Both the position numbers and the translations under genes were made by a program. Below, in pieces: positions 33,836 to 44,353 of a DNA stretch of 64,000 bases. The notes beneath the pieces were generated by a model. It did no database searches, was not told where the DNA came from, and saw only the letters and a program-made list of their open reading frames with translations. The stretch comes from Podarcis gaigeae (lineage: Eukaryota): the NCBI GenBank assembly GCA_964106915.2, contig OZ066919.1. One strand, given 5' to 3'. Positions within the stretch are counted from its first letter, which is position 1; every line of letters starts with the position of its first letter.

Positions 33836-34008
33836 CTTAGAAAGCTGACTTATATATCACGCTTGATACTGTCCACACTAACTAATAGCGGCTCTCATGG
33901 GCTTCATACAAGAGTCTTTCCTAGGCCAATCTGGAGATGCAAGGGATTGGACCTGAGACTTTCTGTATGCAAAGCAGATGCTCCGCCACTGAGCTATGGC
34001 CCTTCCCC
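33836..34008 (-). mobile_element. tRNA-derived SINE (Squam3-like)
   Basis: Minus strand begins GGGAAGGGCCATAGCTCAGTGGCGGAGCATCTGCTTTGCAT (A box); related copies at ~37449-37606 (-) and ~54479-54595 (+). Confidence 0.65.
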
Positions 34009-34377
34009 TGGTTTTGGCCCTTCCTGTTTGTGGACATATGTTTCACAGATCCCAAGGTTAGATAAAACTGTCGGATAATCCAGCAGGGTCTCTTCTGTTG
34101 CACAGCCCATATGGATCTTCCCAGCCTGTGACTTATTTTTAGCTGCAGAGAAGCATCCTTTTAGAAGGGCATCTCTATCCATCTTGATGTTCTCAAGGGA
34201 ATAATAAAGTTTCCATTTGCTTGCCTGTCTTCTAGAAAGCTCATTCTCTGATGCTGAGAGTCAATAGGAACTCTCAGACAGAATGTTGGGTCTAGGAGTT
34301 CAGGGTTCCATTCCTAGCTTAGCCTCTGCGTGGCCCTGGGTCTGCTCCCCATTTCTAATGTCACAAGAATAATAGTA

Positions 34378-34490
34378 TCATAGAATTGTAGAGTTGGGAT
34401 GGACCACAAGTGTGCAAGAATATCTTTGCCCAGCATGGGGCTCAAACCCACATGAGATTAAGAGTCATGCTCTACTGACTAAACTACCCC
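34378..34490 (-). mobile_element. tRNA-Lys(CTT)-derived SINE with CR1-type tail
   Basis: Minus strand GTAGAGCATGACTCTTAATCTCA...GTGGGTTTGAGCCCCATGCTGGGC, then ...CCAACTCTACAATTCTATG. Confidence 0.6.
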
Positions 34491-37176
34491 AGCAGTGATG
34501 GAACTCGCAATGTTGTGTGTGTATGTGTGTGCGTGCGCAGAAGGAGGATGAGAGATTTAAAATGAGTTTTAAAATGGCAAGTCACTTGGCGCAGCTAGAA
34601 GTGCCACATCCATTATTAATCATGGAGAATGCATTGCTGGTGGCCTCTGGGGGGGGGTCCTCCTGACATCATTCAGCAGTGCCATCTCTCCATCTGTCCC
34701 TCTCCTCTTGCCCTTCCTCAAGGGTGACCTTTTCTCTTTCAGCAGCTTTGGGCCTCACACCTGCATCGCTCTGCTCCTCCTCTGTCTTCATGTCTCCCAG
34801 GGGAGTTAGAGAAGCCATTTTTTTGCCTCCTTTCTTTGTTATCACTACAGCAACCCTCCAAGATCAGAGAGAGAGGCGAGGGGAATGTATATCAGAGCAA
34901 GGGGAGGAAGTGGGTATGCATTGGAAGTGAACCGTATTCCTGCGGGTACGTATTGGAAGTGAACCATAGTCCACGAAAGCTTGTGCCATTGTAAGTTTTG
35001 ATGACCTAATTTAAAGTGCCACAAGACTGTTGCTTTTGCTGCAAGAGAGTAAGATGGTGAATATAGTTTATGTTGGCAATGCTGTCTTCCATGAAGGTGC
35101 AGCCCCCAGTTTTAATCCTGAGTCCCCTGCTACTGATTTCCATGGGAAAATCAGCCTTCTGTTTTTGTACTAAAGAACCAATTTGCCCTCTGGCTCTAAA
35201 TAGAAAAACTCCACCTTATGAATGTATTCACAGCATTAAGGGAGTCATATGATTACTGGCTTTCACTGCCTTCAAATACAGGGTCATATTGTTATGGCTT
35301 ATATATGCTGCTATGATACCAAACAAGAAATGAACATGGCCTGTATTTGATGAATAGCCCCTTTTTACTCATTGTCTGGCCAATGATGGTGCAAAGTCTC
35401 GTTCTTTCTCTCTCTCCTCTGAGATATGAAAACAAATGGAGACTTCTATGAAAGTATTGATGTGGGGACACGAAGAGTTGAGATGTGTTTTGTAATTAAC
35501 TCCCTAGCTCTCTCTGATAGACTCCCAAATGCAATGCTGTGAAATAAGTCTTGCCTTGAGCCCCCCATAAGAGTGCTGTTGAGTAAGCTGTGACGTCTTT
35601 TATTACTAGTAATAAAATTATTAATAATAAAGGCCTACAAGTGAAATTCAACATGGCATTAATTGGGGTATCTGTGAGCGGGAAGAGGTCTGCTTGCCAA
35701 GGGAACTCCCACTTGCTCCTGTTTTGGGTACCCCACCCCCATCCTCCAGAGCAAAGATTTAGGGAGCACAAGGGGAGGAGAGGCAGCTTAATTCTTGTTC
35801 AGTGAGTGGACTTCATTCTGCTTGTGCAGCAACACAGCTGAATCTTGCCCGATAGCACTTTTAGGATTCTAAAGGTAGGTGACCACAGACCAGCTGAGCA
35901 GCTCTTAGATGCAGCATAAGTGCTTATCTGCTGCCAAGTGGAAAGAGGCTTGCTGTTGGGATGTCCCACACAGTGGGGGGGGGAGCAGGGGGGAAACGAT
36001 CCTTGGGTGTCTCTGTGTTGAGGATACACAGGATCCTAAGCACCCTCATTCATGTAACATGGCCTTAAGAGGAGCCCTTTGCCAGCCTGTACACTGCCAT
36101 GCTTAATTTCCTCCCACGGATGGCAATGGGAAGGGTGGTGGGAAATGGCAAAGAGAACGGTAAGAAAAAGCAGTCTCCTGACCCCCACCCTTGCCTGGCA
36201 GCAAGCTGTCAGGGTTTAAGAAGTGTTTTTAGCTCCACTACAGAATCCTTCCCTCTCCCCAATAGGATTGTTCTGCCACCATGCAAAAACACTATTTCCC
36301 CACCCCCAGCCCTGTATTCCAGCTCACAACAAACCTGTGCCATATGTTGTTATTATCCATGTTTTCAGAGGAATAATTGGGTGTGCCCAATACCCAGTGA
36401 ATTCATGGCTCGGCAGGGATTTGAGCTCAAGTCTTTAAGGTCCAAGATTCTGGGCATTGGCCCATTTTTAGCATCCGATAGCAAGTCTTTGGAAAGAAGA
36501 TCCATTATATTGTTAACAATGTTTAGGGCAATATAACCAACAGCAGCAACAAAATTCTCTGCCAATTTTGCTCAAATTCTTATTGAAAAATCACACCCCT
36601 GAATTGTCTGACTGATGTAAATTTTTAAAGCAGGCCAATTTGACTATTTTTGCATGTTCTGTAGAATTGCTTCTGTTTTAGGTTATTACTGGGAGAAACA
36701 GAACAAATCCAGGCACTGAAATTCCTGCTCAGCCCTCCTCATGATATTTGATAGGGAAGTGCCACTCATCTACTTCCACGCTTGTCTTCATAGCCTCTTG
36801 AGAGCTAGAAACTCTGTTTTCCCCATATGAAAGCTGCGGGTTCTTTAGGGTGCTGAATTTTGTGCCCAGTGTCATTTTTGCACTTGAGAGATACAATCAC
36901 ACCATTGAAGGATATACGTAGCTCTGGCAATATCCATTCAGACACAAGGCCATGTGGGGTGAGTTTTGTGGGCTGTTTGTGTGCTAAAGGTCATCAGCAT
37001 AAGGAACAATCCCCCCTCCCCAAAGAAGCTGGAAGGTGTGAATAGAGAACCTGTGCTAACATTGCACATATTAGCATACAAAGTGTGTCTCTTGTGATAC
37101 CTCTCTGCTATCCATTGTAAGGCACCAGTGTGAGCTGGACAGTGGGCTCTGCTCTAAAGCAATTCTTACTCACTTC

Positions 37177-37282
37177 TGAAGTATCACTTCTGATATCTGA
37201 AGAAGTGTGCATGCACACGAAAGCTCATACCAAGAACTGACTTAGTTGGTCTTTAAGGTGCTACTGGAAGGAATTTTTTTTG
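37177..37282 (+). mobile_element. Short retroelement 3' end (Penelope-like) with 14-bp TSD
   Basis: CTGAAGAAGTG...ACGAAAGCTCAT...TAAGGTGCTAC motif; flanking direct repeat TTCTTACTCACTTC (37163-76, 37283-96); similar tail at ~34968-35043. Family call tentative. Confidence 0.6.
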
Positions 37283-38368
37283 TTCTTACTCACTTCAGTG
37301 AGCGTTACTTGCAGAGGAGATTTTCCCTGTGAATTGTGCCTGAAATAAATTAAACAGGATAACTCAATTTATTTCTTCTTACTCCTTGGGTTAATTTTTA
37401 TTATTCACATCCGTGCAGCATCAGTGTAAGAAATTAGGATCAGTGGGACTATAGAAAGCTGACTTACACCAAGTCAGACCATTGGTCCATTCTGTATTAC
37501 ACTAACAGTGGCTCTCCAGAGTTTCAGGCATGGGACACCCCCCCCTCCTGCCTGGAGATGCAGGGGATTGAACCTGGCACCTTCTGCATGCAAAGCAGAT
37601 GCTCTCATGGCTTGACCTCACAAGAAACTGCACTAGGAAAACTCATTTTAAGACTGGGAATGCCAACAATAGCACAATGCCTCACATACAGAAGTGCCAC
37701 TGCAAGCTGACCCAGTTTGGAGCAGCACTTTTTTGCCAACATCATCAGATGCCATGCATGAGCATGGCAAACTCTAGTATCCCCAGGTGTGTCTACTGAG
37801 TATGCAGAGGGTTGCTGTGCAAGGATAACATGCCATGGGAAACTACTCTCTTCAAATCTCTCTTACATGAATTTATTGAGTGGCCTTAGGCACCCCCACC
37901 CTCAATCTGCCTTAGTCATATGTTTTATGGTGATAACACACGCCTACTGTACATAGCTGAATGTAACAGCAGTTGCTTCTGGGCCTTGGGGTTCAAACTG
38001 TGTCTGCTAAATTCTCTTTAGCCCTCAGCTGCATGGTTTAAGGCTGCTGTCTTTGCAACATCAGAGCAGCTGAGTCGAAGACAGCCAGAGGACTGATGGC
38101 ATATTGCTTGCAAAGCCCCATGTGGACTTTGGAGCAGATCAGCCAATGGCATCATCAAGAGGGATGGCATGGCGGACAGCAGGATGGAGGAGGAGTTTGC
38201 AGGAACAGATGATATCAGAAGACAAAAAATATGTTTTATGGGAGAATAACCATGTAGCTCATTATGCTACAGGCATATAGCTATATTGTAATAATAATCT
38301 TTTCATGACATCTAACCTTGATTCAAGACTTGCTTCAAAACAGTTCATTTGATATTGGCACAGAATGA

Positions 38369-38505
38369 GAGAATTGTAGAGTTGGAAGGGACCCTGTGAA
38401 TAATCTAGTGGAACCCCAATGCAGGAATATGCAACTGTCCCATACGGGGATCAAACCTGCAACCTTGGTGTTATCAGCACCATGATGTAACCAGCTGAGC
38501 TATCC
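38369..38505 (-). mobile_element. tRNA-Ile-derived SINE with CR1-type tail
   Basis: Minus strand TAGCTCAGCTGGTTA...TGGTGCTGATAACACCAAGGTTGCAGGTTTGATCCCCGTATGGGAC, then ...CCAACTCTACAATTCT. Confidence 0.65.
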
Positions 38506-38807
38506 AGGCACAATCTTTTGGATCTGATGGTAGTAAAAGGTGTATTGGTGGTTGACTTCCCAAACCAAGCTGATGGTAAGAATGTAGGTCATTCTAATAA
38601 GCTTACTATGCTTATATTTTGATAATTGGGATCAGTGAAGCTTTCTGATGGGCTACTGGCAAATATGAGGAGATGTATGGCAAAAAGAAAACAAAATAAA
38701 GTCCATGTGCTGATATGGCCTGCATGTGATATGCAGGCCATGCTACTGCAATAAAACAGGAAGCTTACATTGTCCCCAAAGAAGGAAATTATGACACATG
38801 GAGAAAG

Positions 38808-38828
38808 AATTCTGTCCTTGGTGCTGAA
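38808..38828 (-). promoter_or_regulatory. RE1/NRSE (REST binding site) in SLC6A17 intron 1
   Basis: Minus strand TTCAGCACCAAGGACAGAATT: both half-sites TTCAGCACC and GGACAG are perfect, with the canonical 2-nt spacer. Confidence 0.75.
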
Positions 38829-39170
38829 CGTCTCATCTATTGCAGCATTAGTGTTGAAAAGATAAGCTGGTATCAAATGCAGCACTATGTAACTGTCCTG
38901 TCAGCACAAGGATTCCATTTGTACAATGGGACTTTGAACAGTCTGTTCTAGGGGTTCCTCCAACCTCCTGAGCAAATTTGGGGAGGCTGTGGGGTGCACA
39001 CAGGTCTTCCCTTTGTGTCCAAGAAAAGTAAATAAGCTTTCCACTACACAAGTGGAAATTCTTGCGCTAATGGGATGGTTACGTAGCACTGTGCTGGTTA
39101 CAAGTCTCATCTTTTTAACACAGTCTCTCTGTCTTATAATTTATAACTGTATGCTGAACTGGGTGGAAGG

Positions 39171-39191
39171 ATCAACACCAAGGACAGCAGC
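39171..39191 (+). promoter_or_regulatory. Second, degenerate RE1-like site
   Basis: ATCAACACCAAGGACAGCAGC: one core mismatch to NTCAGCACCNNGGACAG. Confidence 0.5.
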
Positions 39192-39281
39192 TTCCTCCAT
39201 GTGCTCACAGGCCTTCCTTATTTACCAGCCTTCCCACCCCCCTTTACTCCAAGGCAGCCTTACCTTACAAAATCAAATATA

Positions 39282-39540
39282 CCGTATTTTTCGCTCTATA
39301 AGACGCACCAGACCACAAGACGCACCTAGTTTTTGGAGGAAGAAAACAAGAAGAAAAAAATTCTGAATCTCAGAAGCCAGAACAGCAAGAGGGATTGCTG
39401 CGCAGTGAAACTAGCAATCCCTCTTGCTGTTCTGGCTTCTGGGATAGCTGCGCAGCCTGCATTTGCTCCGTAAGACGCACACACATTTCCCCTTACTTTT
39501 TAGGAGGGAAAAAGTGAGTCTTATAGAGCAAAAAATACAG
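39282..39540. mobile_element. Tc1/mariner-superfamily MITE (CCGTATTTT termini) with internal hairpin
   Basis: TA|CCGTATTTTTCGCTCTATAAGAC...GTCTTATAGAGCAAAAAATACAG|TA; repeated AAGACGCAC motifs. Confidence 0.8.
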
Positions 39541-42282
39541 TATTTATTTTGCCGTTGCATGAGGTGTGGAATAAGAAGAATCAGGTCTTCTGTCCAGGAA
39601 CAACCTCTCCCAAAGATCTTGAAAAGCTGTTTCCTGTCAGACAGTGCCAGGCTAGATTCATCAGTGGTTTGCCTCAGTATAGCACAGCTTTGTCTGTTAA
39701 ACAGCACACTTTCTGTAGGTTTATACATTGCTGAGAAAGTTATTCTTTGCTTGTGTGGGTACTGTTGGAGAGTCCCAGTTCTCCCTAGTAATGTTTATGG
39801 AAACCAGCTCAGACAATAACTGTGAACTTGCAGAAGATCCAGCGAATTGCTTGTGGGTTTTAGAGAGCCTCACGAGGGGATAGGAATGCTTAACAGTGAG
39901 ATATTTTAGACTGGTTTGCTTCTTCACCTCATTATTTCCTTCCTTTTGAGAACTCGCAGTTCAACCATCCGGTTCCTACTTCTATTAGAAATGCTATTTT
40001 AAGCTGCCTGTTGCTAAGATACACTGTCAGTTCTATGCACTTGCTGTATCGGTTGTGTCTAAGAATGATATATCCAATCAGTTTAATTAGTTTCCCCAAA
40101 TTAAAATATAATTTACAATAGGGTTTAGTTTGGTAAAAACATGCCATTGTGTTCTCACTGCTTACAACAGTCACTTCAGGGATAAGTCACCTTCAGAAAG
40201 TGCGTCCTTTTCTGAGTGCCCTCAAATCTCATGTTTCATGGCAGGATCACCACAGCATCAGGAGGAACCTTTTTCCTGGTACCTAGTAAACAGCTAAAAC
40301 CTCCCTCAATCCAAAGCCCACCGGATGTGTTGAAAGGTTCTCATTGATCCAACCTTTTCTGTTGTCTTTTTTCCATCTTGGCTTAAATATGATTTATTCT
40401 TGGTGTACTACACTTCCACATCATCACCTCAGTGATAAGGAAGACTTTCCACCACAGAGCCTTGTGACTTTCCCCAAGTCACAGAACTACTGACCTGGTT
40501 AGGAACATTCGTTTCTTTGCAGCACATGAAAGGAGAAGGCCAAGCCAAATGAATCATTGTTCTTGCTATGATTACAGGTTAATAGCTAGCCAATTAGGTG
40601 AGGTGTCTGCAGTTTGATCCATAAGAAGTTGTGTACCATTCTCAAATGAAGAGTAATTTCAGATTCTCTTGCTTATTGGGATAGGAAGGATACAGTGTTG
40701 TATAATAGGAAGAGTGTTGAGTGTAGAACAGGGAGAGCTGGGTTCAAATCCCGACTCAGTCAGTGGCTTTACTGATGACCTTGCACAAATCTTGGTCTTC
40801 CATACTCCACCGTGGTGTGATGAAGAACAGGAATAATCTCATGCACTGCATTGTCCCAAGCCTGGTCTCTATAATGCAGGTTCCCTCAACCTGGTGCTTC
40901 CAGATGTTTTGAATCACAACTATCTTCCCTAATTATTAGCTCTGTGGCTGAGAGGAGTTGAAGGCATAGGGTTGGGAAAGCTGCTGTAGTGGATTGCTGG
41001 GATGCAGCTACCAACATTCTGCTGTCTCATATTGTGTGTTCCAGTTTTTCTCCAGGGTGTTAGATCAAACTAGCAAATGGCCAAGGAAACTTCTGTTCCA
41101 CTTGTTGCACAGAAATATTGCAGTTACAGGTAGCTATGGAAGATGACACCACACAGACACACACAAAGGGTTAGTAAGGGAATTATAGTGCCACATATTC
41201 AATGAATTAGTGGGTTCCTTTTCTTTCATGGATCCCAGACATTCATGACATTATATGTGGCATCTGGTGTGGAGTAAGTGCAGATGTGGGTCCAAAGGAA
41301 TAATCAGAAGCTTGAACTGGACTCTGCTGATGGGTGGTGTGTGTGCGCACGCCCAGCTCTAAGAGGGCAAGGAGTTTCTATTGATGGGCAGTGAGGGCAC
41401 TCCTTGTTCTGGGAGCATTTTGGAGGCATTGGCTGTGTGAAAAAGAATTCCCTCATGCGACCAGTGCCTGAAAATGCATCGAAATAACTTATTTACTAGG
41501 CCTATGCTCAGTCCTTCCCAAAGTTCCAGGCACAGAACTGGCTACACCTCTTGTGCTGTGGTTCCCAAATACCAACAACCAACTGGCTATTGGGCGTTTG
41601 GGAATCATGCACAAGGGATTTTGACAGATGAGCCAAACAACACAGCTTTTAATCATGGGATTTCTGCAGTGATGTCATAGGTGGATTGTTCTGCCCATCT
41701 GTCAAGACTGGTCCCTGGAGCAGTAAAGATTTTCAACCCCTGGTTTAACCATTCATACACTGCATCAAGATCAGCAAGTGTGCCAAAGTGCAATCAAACT
41801 TATATTGTTACCACACACAGACCCATTCTATTTTATCAAGTGCTTTTTTTGGATCAATTAACAATGATGATAATGGTTGATGGGATTTCTGTCTTCATGG
41901 TTGATGAGACATTCAGTTACAGCTGCAATAATTAAGAGTTACTAAGGCCTTTCACTGATTCATACTGCATTAATTTGAGACTCAGAACTCTAGTAGTATG
42001 GTACTGTGTGTTCTGGGGAGAAATTATTCTTACTTATATCAGCTTTTCACTCTGTATGTATTTTCATGATACTTTGATGGTTATTTTATTCTTAAGAATG
42101 CCCTGAGACATGAGACTTTATTATAAGGGCATGTGTGTGCTTGCCCATGAACCTTTCTCAAAATCAACCTCCCATTGACATTCTGTCTCTTCTGCATTTC
42201 TGACAGCATAGTGGTATTTGCATAGGCTGTCTGCCAGGATTCTGAAAGAAAAATCTTTTCCAAGCTGGGATCATGAGCTGCT

Positions 42283-42313
<31 letters not shown>
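42283..42313. repeat. (TTG)n microsatellite
   Basis: About 10 tandem units, read directly. Confidence 0.9.
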
Positions 42314-42314
<1 letters not shown>

Positions 42315-44073
42315 ACTGCCTTTCACGAGGAGCAACCACTGCATTCTGAGTGGTGCAATAAATAAATAAATATGGCCAGTGTGGGGACAATTATCATAGT
42401 GAGACTTTGTTGCCTGGTTTGTTGCCTGGTACTTTGGCAAGTACATCCCATATAAGCAGAGTGAGCTATATCTACAACTGATAGCTCATTCTACATGAGA
42501 AAGGCAATAATGTATAATCAGATGTTGTTAAGGTAACTCCCATTCTATGGGACCTGAGGTGCAATTTCTCAGAAAACAAATTTCTGAGCAAGTGAAGGGG
42601 GAATCGTAAAGTGTGGTTTTAATAACCAAACCTGATCTCATCTCCTTTGGGGTTAAATCATCTTGTGATGTGGACACAATGTCACACCATTAAAGCAGAT
42701 TAGAGCCACCATTTTACTTATTGAAAAAATGAGGAGGAAAGCCACCCTCTTTTACTGCCCTGTTTTATAAGTACAACCGGGTGGATCAAGAATGTAACAC
42801 AATCCTAAGTATTTACTCAAATATATCATGACCATAAGAATAAGTGCAATCTTTGTATAAGTCACCAGTCACCTTTATGAAACAGGTATTGCATTCAGGA
42901 GCCTTAGTTGCTCCTAATATTGTCAGGAATATGCTAATAAAAACTGTTTTTAAACGACCTTTTCATTGCCTTATTCACACATGCTTTCAAGGAAACCAAA
43001 TCCCATAAATCCTGAAATAGTTCAGTATAAGAATTTTGCAGAGTGTAAAACTGGCAGGGTTTCACTGAAGTCCAGGGGACTGGGCTGGTTTAGCTCTGTT
43101 GAAAGACAGCAGCCCTTGAATGGAGAGGCAGGAGTAATCAATGGCTTTGCATGCAGTGCCAAACATTTTGCAGATACTATCTGTTGTAAAACTGTCATGG
43201 GCAATTTAACCTACAATTCCTGGCCATCCCAGTTGCTCTGATAATGTCATCAGCTGAGAGATAACCTTGGTGCTTGCTGTTGTCATGGAAGAACTGCTGA
43301 AGCCTGCCCAGTTCTTTAGTGCAACAATATTTTAAGCTAAATAGCACCTGACACATTGTTGGCACTAAGCACAGGTAAAACAGAAGTTATAGCACTTAGC
43401 TATTGCCAAACCTCAGACTTTCACAGATTCCAGACAACAAGGAGGAGGGACTAAGAAAGACAACTGGGTGGTGAGTTACAGTACCTTATAGGGTACAGCA
43501 TTGTGAGAATGTAACCATTTCACAGCCCCCCTCTCCCAGATATACTTACCCCTTCAGAAAAATTCTACTTAAGTCCCAATTTCTGCAGCAAGTAAAACTT
43601 CAGTCTCTATTGACTATGCAAATAGAGCAAATTTGCATATTTATTGAATTTATTTGCTTCTGCACGACCTATTCAGAGCACTGCAATTCTACCTCCTGTA
43701 TCTCCTATTCAGTCCTACCTCCTCCCCGGAATCCAAGATTTCACCAGGCATTGCTTGCACACTTTCAAGGCTTGTGGACTAGAAGTTTGCTCTTTTAAAA
43801 GGAAAACTGAATTCTCAGGCAGATGCCTTCTGGAGCCTATACCATTTCTGAATTTGCATATTGCTGAATCACATGGCTCTGGATATTCAACAACGCCAAA
43901 GAAAGTAGAGAAGTGTAATGTTTTAATTCATTTGTTTTTTGTTTTTCAGATCTCGTAGATGACCAGGATCTGAGAGCTGACCTTCAAAACCTGCAGATAC
44001 CCACTCCATCTTGGGCTTCCCTCTGCCCCCAAAATCCCTTCCTACATAGGAGTGGCTGAGCCAGACAGTCTCA

Positions 44074-44353
44074 ATGCCTAAGCACAGCAAAGTGACCCAG
44101 AAGGAACAAAGTACTGAGCATGTCACTGAATCAGTGGCTGATCTCCTGGCCCTTGAGGAGCCTGTGGACTATAGACAGAGTGTCTTAAATGTGGCTGGAG
44201 AAAATTGGAACAAGCAGCAGGATGTGGATGACACTGGTGAGGATCGGCCAGCGTGGAACAATAAACTGCAGTACATTTTGGCTCAGATTGGCTACTCCGT
44301 GGGGCTGGGGAATGTCTGGCGCTTTCCGTATTTGTGTCAAAAGAATGGTGGAG
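44074..44353 (+). CDS. SLC6A17: SLC6A17 first coding exon (exon begins at 43950)
   Basis: ttttcag| at 43949, ATG at 44074, |gtaagt donor. Confidence 0.95.

Noticed and set aside
38436-38505. Functional tRNA-Ile gene
   Set aside because: Stems are degenerate and the sequence is fused to a CR1-type tail, so it is a SINE head. The same applies to the Lys-like head at ~34430-34490.
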